Below are positions 22,687 to 36,073 of a stretch of DNA of 64,000 bases, in pieces. The stretch's first letter is position 1. The number at the start of each line of letters is the position of its first letter. Under the pieces are notes generated by a model. The model did not search any database. It was not told the origin of the DNA and saw nothing but the letters and a program-made list of their open reading frames with translations. The DNA comes from Podarcis vaucheri (lineage: Eukaryota): NCBI GenBank assembly GCA_965113315.1, contig OZ220364.1; one strand, 5' to 3'. Position numbers and translations under genes: made by a program.

Positions 22687-24759
22687 ATGGTCTGTGAACA
22701 GGGATGGTGTGAGCTGGAGTCCAATAACACCTGAATGGTATACAGGTTTTGCCCTGGGTTCTGCCTGCTATACTGTATCTACACACACAACACACCAAAG
22801 AACCTCCCAAAATGAGAGGCTCTAACCTGAGGTCTTCCCTTGTAGCCATGGGGCCTCATAGGCCTATCCAAGTACCAGAATTTTTTCATTTCAAGAGTTG
22901 GGAAGATTTTTTGTAAAATGCTTTATAATTTGTGGGTGGCTGACCGAGCATGCAGATGGTTACATATAGTCATTTTATTATCTTTACTTTAAAGAACGTC
23001 ATCATTTTCTACAATGAAAAGAGAGTTCATTTCCAAATAAATGTGTTTTGCATCAAGGCAGCAGATGCAAACTCCGGTTTTATTCCTGCATTCACGATGG
23101 CCCTGTATTGAAGCTGGTTTTAAATGCAAAACTCAGAGTATTGTTTTTTAAAAAACAAGAGTTTGCAAACCGGGTTTGTTTGTTGCCCTCACATATCAGG
23201 AATATGGAAGTAGTTGTAAAGCATGAAATGGCAGAGGGGCCGGGAGAAGGAAAATATTAATTTTAATTAATGTGGATTTTAATGTGTGCTTCTCAACTTC
23301 TCATACACATGGCCATCTAAATAGGTGTGTGGGTGTGTTATAAGATGGTTATGTCCAGGATTTAAAATTATCTTGCTGCACCACTGCACTCATGATAAAA
23401 ATTATGCATGATAATAGGCGTGCTTGTGTTCTCTTTGTGTTGAAAGATCATAGTGGTGGCAACAGCACAGAGCAGACAAGGGGAAGGCTAGATTTCAGGG
23501 GCTTCCGGTGCAAGCTTCAGCCACTAGCACTGAATACTTGGAAGCAGGTAACACAAATAGTCATGAAGTTAGGGTGTTGCTAGGAAAGGCATGAGTAACA
23601 AAGACCTGGTTCTCACTTTGGTTGGAAACCTGTCTAGAATGTGCCACTTCAAAATGTAAGCAGTACTCACCAGTATCATATGGTGGAGTTGGATGATGGA
23701 ACCCTCTTGTCCTCTAGTCGGCTGCATCACGGCTGATTACCAAGAGGGAGAGGGGATGGGCAAGATGCCAGCAAGGTCAGCATAGTCAGCAAGGTGCAAA
23801 CACGCCAGCAGGAGTGCCAGACTGGCTCTGCCAGTGCATTTACACCACACTAAACACACCAATCTTGCTGTTGCCTCACCTGGAGGTCAGATGAGCACTG
23901 CTGCCCCACTCCACTTTCAGCTACTGGTGCTCACATGACTGACTGCTCTTCCCAACAAAAATACAATCTGATAAATCCCCACACACAGAATAACAGATTT
24001 CATGGAGAGCAGTTCTGCCTAGCCTTCTCCCCGACATCTAATTTTTCAGTGCAGACAGTTATAAAGAATGTTTCAGTCATGTAAACCCCTATCTTCTGGC
24101 TGAAGTCACAACCCAAGCCCAGATTCCCCCACCACAGTCAAAAATAAGACACCATGGAATTCAGTCCGTTAGAGTTTTATTCATTGCATCACTGCTCAAA
24201 CCGGGATTCTTTTTATTAAAACAAAATGGAATGCCAACAGCAAAAGAGGTGGCTCAGCAATAAAGGCCAACTGTAAATTGTTCCAATCTGCTTGCCTTAA
24301 ACAAGCAAGCACAACTTGGCAAGGACGGGTAATTGAAAACAATTGTGAGAGGGTTTGCTTTGGAGACCTGTGCCATCCTTGATTAAATAACCCATTTCTT
24401 GGTACATGCTGCATAGAAGCGGTGGAAACAATAGTTGGCTCCAAGTCATGTGTGAACAGTTGGCTTGCTGCGTTGCATGTAATTCTGTGGTTTTGTCTCT
24501 GTGTTTTTGAGTTTTCTGTTAATCCCTGAGAAGGAAAGAAACAAGCCAAGCAAAGTGGTGGTGGATCAACTTCCTCTGGTGACAAGCGTGCACATTTTTT
24601 TATCATTTCACAGAGCTCTTGTCTGCTTCACAATGAGATTGGCGTAAACCATAGTCTTTCAAGCCTTCAGGGGACATGTTTCAAATCAGCTAGCCTATCA
24701 GGGAACCCCCAAAATTTGCCCTGGAAGCCTCACACATTGCAGAGGTTTCTAAGGCTTGT

Positions 24760-25322
24760 TGTAGGGTGCGTACTCATGCTTTGGAGGGGGCATTCATGCC
24801 AGGGTCACCTAACATACCCCTCCAGGATTCCCTGGAGGAAAATGTTCACCCTAGCAAATCCCAGCACCCCCAGCAATTCAAAGACACCCACTCTTCTAGC
24901 ACAGCCTTCAACATTCCAGCTGTGGTCCCAAGGGACTCCGCGCCACTTGCCCAGGCTCCCAGCTAGATTATGAAGCACTCCTCCTTCCTCTAGCAAAGGG
25001 GCTCCTGGGCTGCTGATGGACTGCCTAACTAGAAACACATGGGGTCCCTTTGCATAAGACTAATCAGGAGAAGGGGTGAGCTTTGTAAGTGCGTGCCTGG
25101 ACTGGAGCCAGAAAGGGTGCAGCCTCCAGCTCATATAAAAGTTCTCAGTTTAACTCAGGGAATTGCTGGTGCAATAGCTTCCTTGGGTTTCTCTGCCAGG
25201 CTCTCCTTTGTGATCAATCAGTTTCTCAGTTTGCGCCCCCTCTATGGACTGTGAAATGGACCACTGTTGCCCTCACAGTTGACTGATGTGTGTAGTATAA
25301 GAAACACCCAATGTTCCCTACA
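24760..25322 (+). mobile_element. Possible old solo LTR
   Basis: TGTAGGG...CCCTACA 7-bp inverted termini and TATAAAAG near 25134. No TSD and no clean AATAAA. Confidence 0.4.
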
Positions 25323-26290
25323 TCTACTCATTCTGGAGTGTGCATTATTTCCATGTATGGGCTGAATAAAGAGGTAAATAGTGATGATTCTCACCCTCCA
25401 GTATCAAAGCACAATCTGAATAACACATGCACAAGTTGGATCAGCGATTTTTAGATTACCCCATTTTCAGATTACCCATGAATCAGTAAAAAACAGTACA
25501 GAGTGGCTCAGGGGTCAACTTACAGATCTAAGTGGAGAACACATGGAGTGACTCAGAAACAGAACAGAATTTTTAAAAATTCACAGATATAACTACAAAG
25601 TCAATCTTGGAGCCCATATACACCCCTCAGATTTACTGTTTTGTTTTTTTCTAATCATGGATAGTGTTGTGTTTGGTCTTCCACTGCCCTTGCTGAATTG
25701 GAGAGATCGTATCCCTGAGCTTTTAAAGGGAATTTTCAGGATTTATTTCCTTTGAAGAGCAGAAGATTAGGACTGCAGATGTAACAGTACCTAAACTGAA
25801 AATTAATACCTGCCTGGAGGAGAATATTCAGTGAACTGAAGTCATTTGTTCCAAAGACATTTGCGAACAAGTGGTCATCAAAGACAAATGTAGTGTTTGT
25901 TATTATTGGGGCCTGCACAAAGTATAGGGTGCCCTTCTCTGTGCATTGTACGTAACTCCATTGACCTCTCTGTGGAGGAGGAGAATCTTCTGAGACTCTA
26001 AGCCTGGCGGCGGCAGCTCAAAACTTTTAAGAGAGGATTCTGATGAACAGCGACCACTGCTAGGTATCTACCCAGTGCTTAAAAGAGAACACATGGCATG
26101 ATGCCATTGTATTCAGAGTATTGCTGTCACTTCTTCAGTTGACTTCCACTTGTGAAAGGTGGAAAAACTTTGTGCATAATGATGTAATACCACACATCTT
26201 TCAATGTTGACCACTAATGCTGGATAGGGCTAGTGGGATTTGGGGTTGAACAATATTTGGAGGGCCACAGGTTCCCCATCCCAGTTTTAA

Positions 26291-26435
26291 NNNNNNNNNN
26301 NNNNNNNNNNNNNNNNNNNNNNNNNNNNNNNNNNNNNNNNNNNNNNNNNNNNNNNNNNNNNNNNNNNNNNNNNNNNNNNNNNNNNNNNNNNNNNNNNNNN
26401 NNNNNNNNNNNNNNNNNNNNNNNNNNNNNNNNNNN
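26291..26435. other. Assembly gap (145 N)
   Basis: Run of N that abuts the 3' tail of an L2 copy, so it probably hides a microsatellite tail. Confidence 0.99.
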
Positions 26436-26628
26436 CTGGGTTTCCCCAGCCACTCTGGGCGGCTTCCAACAAAATATTAAAAATACAATAAAACATCAGA
26501 CATTAAAAACTTCCCTAAGCAGGGCTGGCTTCAGATGTCTTCTAAAAGTCAGATAGTTGTTTATTTCCTTGACATCTGATGTGAGTGCTTTCTACAGGGC
26601 AGGCGCCACTACCAAGAAGGCCCTCTGC
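26436..26628 (-). mobile_element. L2 LINE 3' end fragment
   Basis: ctgggtttccccagccactctgggcggcttccaac...agaaggccctctgc, closely matching the L2 copy at 56558-56895. Confidence 0.9.
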
Positions 26629-27784
26629 TCTCTCGGTTCTGAGAACAATAATGCTATAAGGCAGCCTTATCCAAACAGGTGGCTTCCCGATGTCGTGGTC
26701 TACAATTCCCATCTGTGCTGGCTAGCTTGGCCAATGGTCAAGGTTGATGGGCATTGCAGTTCAAAACTTCTGGAAGGCAACAAGGTTGGGGCAGGCTGCT
26801 TGAAGTGTAGAATATTAAAATTATGTTAAAGATGGAAAAGAATTGGGCATGTGTATGTGTGCGTGTGCACATGCAAGCAGATACACCAGACTATTTTTTT
26901 ACCATTGAAGTGTTCTCCTGTAGTTGCTGGTGTGCTCCAGTGATGGGAATGGCAAGTGATTTCAGTGATGTTCAGAAATCCTTTTTCTGAGTGGTTGGCT
27001 GTGATCTTTCTGCAGATGACCGAAACACTTTCATAGCTATGAATCTGGAAACGAACCATGCAAAAAGAGATTACTGCTTCAGGATTCATCACATGGGATG
27101 GATGAAAAATGAGACGACTGTGCATGCTGGAATGAAGTCAGCAAGTGGGTGAAAATGAGGAAATGTAGACTCGGGAATCCACAGATTTGCTGGAGGGAGA
27201 AGATGCCATATCCAGATGCCAGCCCAGGATGCTGGGTAATGTTACCAAACAATCAAAAGTGAGAAGGCTTTCGAGTTTAATAGTCCTTAGTCACAGTCAT
27301 TTCCCTGACTTTGACCATATCGTTTTCTCTACGCCAATCTCACTGGTTACTTCTGCAAAAGATATCTAAAGTCACTGGCTCTCTCTCACACATTTTAATA
27401 ATGACATCAATGGACTAAGAGCAAATATATCAGTGCTCCTCATCAAAAGCTATCGTAAGGCCCCAATCTTGTTTAACAGGAATGTGTTGGTGCTCAGCAC
27501 TTTAGATAAACATAAGTGTGCCTCAGCAGGCTTTAATTTGTCATTAATGAAGCCACACTCGCAGTGTCATTGGAATTTACTGACTTAATTAAACCCGTTC
27601 TTGTCATTTCTCACCGGAATGGAACAGAAGCTTCAGTCTCACTACTGATGTTTCCACATTCCTATAACCTGAAGCATGGAAATGGCTTTTGCAGGGTTCT
27701 GGAACTCTGCTAGTCAATATCTATCCTTCAAATCTCCCCAAGACCAAAGGTGCATGGTCATGACCCATGTGGACCCTCTTATAG

Positions 27785-27907
27785 CAGGGAAGGGGAACGT
27801 GTGGGCCTCCAGATGTTCCATCATCTCTGACCATTGATCATGTTGTCTGTTGCTGGTGGGATTTGGGGTCCAACAATATCTGGACAACCACAGGTCCCAC
27901 ATCCCTG
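27785..27907. mobile_element. hAT-derived palindromic MITE
   Basis: caggga...tccctg termini with 8-bp TSD tcttatag/ccttatag. Related degraded copies lie near 11430-11545, 26210-26283, 26660-26800, 36790-36900, 38130-38200, 46850-47040, 58310-58430 and 58905-59040. Confidence 0.8.
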
Positions 27908-28302
27908 CCTTATAGTCTGTGTGGAAGACCAAAGAGTGCTGCAGGGGCGATGCAAAGGTCACCATTCCTAAATGAGGGTAAAATGCAGTATTAAACAAAA
28001 AGTTTAAATTGAAATGCTAAAAAGGCACACGTGGTGCTATCATACATGGATTTATTTACATAGCTGGATTTATGTTCAAAAGCATCAAAGCAGGCCCTGA
28101 TTCATTCCTGCTCAATGTTTCTGTGTTTAAACCATGGAGGCAGGCTTCTTATCGTGTTCTGTTTTAATTTCTACTTTGGTTCTTTGTAATAATAAGACCA
28201 GGACTATAGTATTGTTGCATTTGACCCCAATTTTCATGGTTTAGATTTTGTGTATTTTAAATTAAACTTTTATAGTAGTAGTAGTAGTAGTAGTAGTAGT
28301 AA

Positions 28303-29364
28303 TGGAGGGGGCCACTAAGGGGCGCATCGGAAGATGGCTGACAATAACATCTCTCCGACCCACATGATGTAATTTGGAGGCTATGATGGGGGTAATTAGC
28401 CTCCTTAACCCCTCCAGGATTGTGGAGGGGACGGCCCTTGCCTGCTGTGCCCTATACCACCCCCGAATTTGTGGGGATGGGGGCACTAGGCACAAAGCCC
28501 TCCTGTGGGATTCCGGCACTCCTCGATGCCGTCTCTGATCCGCGCCACTAGTTGCAAGAATCTTCAAAAGAAACAATTTGGACGAGATAAATTGCACATA
28601 CCTCAAGGAAAGAGGGGGAGTAAAGACTGCTGACAGAAGAGATCTCTGATAAAACAAGACAAGAATAAAATATGAGACGATGCGTCAAGATACGGTATGG
28701 CAAATGACTGAGGGGGGAGGGAGGGGAAAACCCTCCTTTATTTTTCTATGTGATTAACAAGAATCCCCTCCCCTAATGAGTCAGAAATGTCATTTTAAGG
28801 ACTTAAGCTGTGGATTTAAGGCTGTGTGGAGATAAATTTTCGAACCAAAGCAATGTTTCAAGACGAAGCTGGAAAGTTAAGAGTTTTGGAATGACACAGT
28901 TAAAAATGCCGTCGCCATTTTGGGAGGCACTGTCGGAGCTTTTGAGTCTGGGAGGAGAAAGAGAGAAACAGAGTTGTTTACATATCGTGGATTAACTCCT
29001 CAGTGGGATTTAAGAGTGACAACTGCCTAATTTATGATGGAAAGAGCGATGTTATCTACGAAGGAGATGATATATGGAAACCATCTAGACTTAGATTGGA
29101 AGAATGGGAAATTCACACAGGATTATTATATTTGCTTATCGGTTTAAGGAGACTAACAGAAGAGATCGTAAAGGAAAAAGTGAAATTATATGAATAAGAT
29201 ATGATGTGGAAGCACCAAGATAAGATTGGATAGAACTATGAACTCTGTTTGGACTGATTGGGACTGATTTGGACATTAATGCAGTAATAAGAAGATGATT
29301 TGAATCCCCCTTTGGATCTTGAAGTATGGGTTCCCCCAACAAAATTTTAAAAATTGGTTTTTAA

Positions 29365-29365
<1 letters not shown>
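28303..29365 (+). mobile_element. L1-like non-autonomous retroelement (5' UTR-like region, no intact ORF)
   Basis: G-rich start with ggaagatggc (YY1-like, as at L1 5' ends), GC-rich hairpin region, A-rich body, and an A-rich/(AAT)n end. Flanked by (TAG)n at 28272-28300 and (AAT)n at 29366-29406. Confidence 0.5.
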
Positions 29366-29407
<42 letters not shown>

Positions 29408-29865
29408 GCCCACACTTCACCAAAAGGTCCTGGAACAGCTTATGAAAATAGCAAAACTAGCACAAATGAGGAGGTGGGAGAAACACGGCCTAATTAAAAT
29501 ACAAGATTTAAAATTATAAATTGGCTCAAAGGGGAATTCATTACAGGGTTGCACAGGCTTTTTATGCCTTTTTGAAAATAGAACCTAAAAATCACTAAAT
29601 ATATTTTAGAAACCTGCCTGTAAATGTTTACAACAGTCAAGTAAGGATAATCTTGTTATAAATGATGTGGCTCCTCACTAGGGATGGGTGCGTATTTCTA
29701 TTCATTCCACAATTTGGAGTGGACCTCCCTGGTCCACATTCAGTGAATCGTGCCTGGATCAGAAGCCAGACACGCATATTAGATTGCATGTCTACAAACT
29801 CCTTCCAAACTTGGCTTGCTCCAAATGACTTCTCATTTTACAAGATGGCTCAAGTCATCGCTGGC

Positions 29866-29866
<1 letters not shown>

Positions 29867-29917
<51 letters not shown>

Positions 29918-29918
29918 T
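29867..29918. repeat. (TTTC)n microsatellite
   Basis: Directly visible. Confidence 0.95.
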
Positions 29919-30204
29919 TAAAAATCATATCTAGCAGCTTGGAGCAGCCATAAAGTGCATTGACCGCTGTGCTTGTTGAAAACTTTTTTTCTGCCAACAT
30001 CTGGAGAGTCCCAACACCTGCTCTAACTGCTACACAACACCATCACCTTTGCCTTCATGGCATACCCAACCAGGGTCAATTGTGGCTGTTCGACACCGTG
30101 ATTCAGACTTGTTACAAATCACAACATAAGAATCGCTGTAAGAGTACTTATTTTGGTCACAGCAGGGGTTTTGGCTTTCCAGGATATTACTACTATTTTG
30201 GTTT

Positions 30205-30420
30205 TTGACAGCATTTTGGAGTGTTGAAAACATTTCACATACATTTCTTTATAACAACCTGAAAATAGGTCAGAATTATTTTCCCCATCTTGCAAATGGC
30301 AGGGGTAGGAGCTGAAGCTCAACTCACTAATTCGCCTTACTGAGTTTGCGGCAGATACAAGTTTTAAATTGAGGGCTTCCTGGTTCACGGCTCAGCCTCT
30401 TAGCCATTGAGCTATATGAG
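30205..30420 (-). mobile_element. MIR-like CORE SINE (old)
   Basis: ataacaacctgaaaataggtcagaattattttccccatcttgcaaatgg...ctcttagccattgagcta. Confidence 0.5.
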
Positions 30421-33400
30421 CTCTCATCTGTATCAGAACTAAAAAATACATTTACGTGTCAGTTCTCCCAGTATTTCATTCTCTCTCTTTCTTTAGCACA
30501 TGGCTCTGACTCTGTAGTGTAGGAGAAAAGCAAGCTAAGAATTGGCCTCAAATATATTTAAGCTTCATTTCAGTTCTTCGGAGTTCAAGGTGCTAAGTTT
30601 AATCTTTCAGAGCTGATTACTATTACAGATGCATGTTCTTGGGAGACAAACCCTTATCCAAAAAGGCATGAAAGTGCAATGTGACCGCTAGACTAAATGC
30701 ATCTGTCGCAGAAGTTTGGTATCGAGAACAAACTTCTAAAAGTAACTCCTGACACCATGAGAATTGTCCCTCTGAAGCAGTTGTCTGTTGCATGACAGCT
30801 TTGACCTTAAGTTTTCATGGCAGCTTGTTTGGGGAAAGAGTGCCATTCCTGAGCCTGCTGTCTTACCTTCCAGTGTAATATGAGAAAGCTCAAAGGCCAC
30901 AATTTCTCTGGGCAACCCTTTGGGAACTACAGGTCAAAGGGAAAAAAAGGGGGCGGAGCAGTAAATATGACTGTTATCATTGTACAGTAGACTACATTCT
31001 AGCCACGCAAAGTCAGAGGTTTCTACACAATCCACACAGAGAGAGAAACCCTCCCTCCATGCAAGATTATCACACTTCAAGCCAGGCAAAAGGGCTTGAG
31101 GGTGCAGAACAGAGCCACTGAGGGATGTGGCCTGGGAAGAGGGGTGTGGCTTAGGAAGGGGGTGTGGCCTGGGGAGAATCCCAAAGGCAGGAGAAAGAAG
31201 TTTGGAGATCCACATTTCCCCCCTCGGCCTGAGGTTCCCTACTCCTGCAATATGTGAGTGCAACTGAGAGGGTGCAGCTTTGCAGAAATAGGTTTTCCAA
31301 GCCAAGCTTGTTCAATGTAATTAATGTGCAGTTTATGCCATGGTTGTTTCACAGTCCCAAGACTTTTTTAAGTTTAACAAGAAACTGAAGCGCTTCGCAT
31401 TTTACTCCACCCATTGGATATGTGCCAATGAGTGGCTGAAGGCAGACCATAATGGTTTCTTCAGCTGCATCATATGGCTTCACCAATTCATTTGGGAATC
31501 TCAGCCTTGTGGTGCCCTGGGGTAGTTTGTTCCCTTTCTCTGCACCCCAATTCCACTCTCCTAGGTAATGTGGACATATTCTATTCATATGCAAGTTCTT
31601 TTGAATCCCATTAATTTCAATGGAGGAGTTTGGCTGCACTTCTACAGACACTATCCTGAACAAAAGTCCCATTGAACACAGTGGTATGGGACCTACATCT
31701 AGCAGAGATGCTTATGATTACATGAATATGAATCCCAAAGAGACTTAAAATGGGACATAATTTAAGCTGGACTTTGGCCTGTTTTTAGAGCACCCTGTTG
31801 TCTCCTGACAGGAGTTGTGGTGCAGAACATCATGAGGGCACCAGGGAGATGAAGACTGCTTTTCAGTGCCCCCATAGCGCAAATTCATCTCTCATTCCCA
31901 TTGGCTGACTTCCAGAAAAAAGACACAGAGCCTATCTTTTTTGGCTGGTTGGTGAACTTGTGTAGGAGTTAAGATTCCTGTGGTGTTTAACTATTTGAGG
32001 TTTTAGTCTTCTCTTTCATTCCTCATTGGAATTAATCACTCACTCTTTCAATTATTTGCATACACCCAAAAGTCAAGGATGTCTGGGCAGGCACTGGGCA
32101 CATTTTTTAGAAATAGTAATTTGTGCTCTTCTGTCATCTTTGATGACCACCAGAAATGGCATTGCTACATAAATTTGTATCCACATTATTAATGCAATAA
32201 TGGATTGTTGGAATCAGTGGTGGCTGCTATGGAAGATTTGGAAATAATGCTTATATAACAAGGGGAAGTGTTGCTCCTTCCAGCACCAGATACACCTGAT
32301 TTAGCTTTTAAAAGGAGAAGAAAAATACCTAAGACATTAAACCTCTTATCCTCCGCCTGATAGAGCAATATTGGAAAAACCTGTTATTTGGCAGCAAATG
32401 GGTTTATTAACTTCTAAAGGGGACCATGTGTTTGAATGTGATAGGGAAAGAAGCATTCGTCAGAGTGCTCATTGGATCAAAAGATGAATTAATCCTTTGA
32501 AGAAACCTAGCATTTCAAATCTGCAACTTTAAACAATCTACCAGGCTACAGACACAGAGCCACGGAAATGCTGCCTAATCCCTTTCATCACACTGAAAGT
32601 TGATCTGCTGCTTTTGGTTCCAACGCCCAGAAAGTTGATCTGCCACTCCTGTCTTGGGGAAAGAAGTGCAATCCAGAACTCTGGAAGGTAAACATAAATG
32701 ACAACATCTGGTTGTGTTTGGTAGAATGAAGTAGCAATGTCTAGTGATGGAATGAATCATAATGCAAGTGTCACTGCTCAGTAGATAGAGAGATTGTCCC
32801 AACACCTCTGGATTTTGGACAACCCAAAACTGGTTCCCACTATCTCTGGATGAGAGACTGTCTGCAGCATATGTTGCACTTTCAACCTCTCAAGTTCCCT
32901 CCTCCCTCCTTGACTCAATTTGTCTCGATTCAGACCCTACTACTCCTGCAAAGTGTGCCACACTCATCATCTCACATATACAACCAGCATATATTTGACT
33001 GTATCCCGTGTATATCTCATTTTATTATATGTAAGTTGAATGAAAGATTGTGCACACCAACAGCACGTATTTTGTAAATATTTATTTAAAGGATTAATAT
33101 CCTACTTTCCGACTGAAGTGCTTGATGTGGTTCACAATATTAATAAAGTTCGGTGAGTGGGATTCAAACTAAGTTGGTTCCACTTAGTTCTCAATGAGAT
33201 CAATGGGACTTGACACAGGACCAAACTACATATTACATTAGTCATATTTATTCATTCATTCATGTGAGGGGTATTAAATCCCATACTTTGGTCAAAAAGG
33301 ATCCCAAAGCAGCTTACACAGATTAATGGAAAGATAGTACCAGTCTGTGCCCTTAGGCTTACCATTTAAAAGATGCAGTGCAAAAGGAGCTAGCATGTGG

Positions 33401-33544
33401 ATCCACAATGTGCCCCTCTTATGTTTATATTGCTCTAGTTGCAACATTTGTGGCTTAATTGGAGGTCCAATGTGGTTTAGGCATTAGAGTGTTGAACCAG
33501 CAGCCCAGAAACCCAGTTCAAACCCAGTTGTTTGTAGGGGTGCT

Positions 33545-34031
33545 TTTGAAAACAATCCGAAAGCTTGAATAACTGCAGGAGGCAATACATTGTTTAATTA
33601 GCCAAAGGCCTGGAAGAAGAGGGATGTTTTTGCCTGACTCCTGAATATATGTAATGAAGGAGCCAGGTGAGCTCTCTTGAGCATTCCACAAATGGGGAGC
33701 CAACCACAGAAAAGGCCCATTCTCATGTTACCACCCTCTGGACCTCTCATGGAAAGGGAACATAAAGAAGGGCCTCAGATGGCAATTGCAGGGTCTGGGT
33801 CAGTTCATATGGGGAGAGGCAGTTCTTGAGGTATTGTAGTCCTGAGCCATTTAAGAGTTTATAGCTCAAAGCCAGCACTTAGAATTGGGCCCAGAAACTG
33901 TTTGGCAGCCACCGCAGTCGAGCCAGGATTGGTGTCATATGCTTAAACCAATTTGCCCCAGTGAACAACCTGGCCGCTGAATTCTGCACCAGATGAAGTT
34001 TCTGAACCATCTTCAGAGACAGCCCCACATA
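33545..34031 (-). mobile_element. L2 LINE ORF2 3' fragment (degraded)
   Basis: Translates YVGLSLKMVQKLHLVQNSAARLFTG...HMTPILARLRWLP and APHLWN, both L2 C-terminal motifs. Confidence 0.85.
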
Positions 34032-36073
34032 TGCTTGTAGCATAACCAAAGACTGCTGGGCCTGTAGCATTCAAGTAAGTAGCCATATTAATTTTGCATG
34101 AAATTGATAATCCCTTTCCTTCTTTCTAGTAATGAATGGCACAACAGTAGCATCATAAACCACTTCTGCCACATGGTAGGCATTGCAGGCTCAATTGCTG
34201 CATTCCTTTTTTTATGTCCCCAGAGAATGACAGTGAGCAAACCTTGGGGACTTAGTGGCCCAGATGCCACCACATTGTTTTCTGGAGGGCAGATTAGATG
34301 CTATCAGAAGGTAGCCGCTAAGAATTATTAGTGATCTCAGCTGGATCAATGCCACTGCTGTTTATAGCCTGCAGGCAGTCAATCCTCTTAAGTCTTTGAT
34401 CCCCATGGCTTCATTTCATTGCACTTGTCCTGAGAAGAGGCTGCAGGAAATGTAACCTTCCTGCCTCCCAGACAGACAGCTGTCATTCTGCCTGGTCAAA
34501 GCTGCAGATGAGGATTTCTGCTGAGGTTACTGGCATGAATGATGAGCTCGCCAGAATCAACCGCATATCTTTAATCCTTAAAAAGAGAAGATTCTTCTGC
34601 TTCCTCATTCCCGAGATAGCTATTTTGAGCCCAAGATGCCACAGTGTCACATTTAGCTATCCCATCCCTATGCATCTGGAGAGCTCTGGAATTGCTTTCT
34701 TTTCTGAGGTGGTAGCTTCAAAACTCAACATAAGTTATTTGTCTCATGGGAAGATGACTTTAGAATTTATTTATTATTTGGATTTATATACCGCCCTATA
34801 CCCAGAGCTCCTAGGCCAGAGCCATAGCTACGGGAGGCAGAGGGCTAGTTGGTCTTTTGCCCCAGGTGAAGCCTACAGAGGGTTCCCATTTAGACTCCCA
34901 TCCTCTGTGTGTGTGTCCATGCAAATTTGCGTGGGTGGGTGCCAAACTGGGTCTTTGATCCAGGTGAACTGCAGCCTCCTTTCGCCCCTGCCCTAGGCTC
35001 CTGCATGTGGTTCCTCCACCATCGTACCCACCCCAGCAGAAGGCCTCTACCCAAGTCAGCTAAGCCGGGGCCCTTTGAGGAAATGCTCAGGAAAGCTGAT
35101 GAGTCAGATCTATTCGTTTTGTTTTAATTCGTAAAAATGTTTATATACCACTAACTTGCATAGAAAGCATCTAAGGAGTGCAAAGCAACTATAAAGTCAC
35201 AATAAATAAAAGGGGGAAAAACATGAAAGCAGAAAATGTGGGGCAATGCATTTCAGATGGAATTGGGTATGCTCACTGTTTTACATAGGATGCATGTGAG
35301 GGTCTTTGCCAAGTCTAGCAGTGAGGAGGATGAAGCCGCTCTGCATTTATATCTCTATAAATGCATCATCTTTGGGATACTTGGAGTGGGGGGAGAGAGA
35401 GAGAGACACCTGGCAGGAGACTGACAGCAAAACTGCTTTATTGCCAGTATGAAAGCATGACAAAGAGGACCATCCTGGCCTTGTCAACCCATTTTGCAAT
35501 CCTTCTACCCCCGGAGAGGCCTTTGATGCTCAGCAATTTGTGGCAACCTTTCAAGACAGAACAGGGTGTCTCTCTAATTAAATGTGAAATCTCCCCCCAT
35601 TTTGGCTGCAGCTTTAATTCATCATGTTCCGCAGCTGGTGTAATGATACTGTGCAGTGCATCTGTGATGGAATTTTCACCATTAGAAACTTCCTTTTGTG
35701 TTCCAAACAAATTCGAATACCTTATCTGCAATAGCTGCCTTATCAGCACTCCAAAGAGGACATAGCAAAAGAATGGCATTGGTTTGGGTTGATTGGCGAG
35801 AAAGGAGAGACTATTCACTGGGAAATGCAGATGTAGGAGGTTTCTGAACTGTCCAGTATGAGGGATGGGCGATTCCTAATAACCTTAGCCAGCAAAAAAT
35901 AAATAAAAGAACCTGTAACACTGGTTTGATCGTCTCCCCCTTTGGGAGACAATTTTGTGAAAACTTCACAGTGGAGACCCACATGGAAGTTGTATTGAGT
36001 TGGCATGGGTTTGATAGTCCTGTTGCCACTATGCGCTTAGCTCATCTGATTAATGATTTTTGCAGTGTTACAT

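Noticed and set aside
26214-26556. ORFs spanning the N gap
   Set aside because: Artefacts of the unknown bases.
34508-34996. 162-aa ORF
   Set aside because: Reads through an L2-tail remnant and another repeat, with no domain signature.
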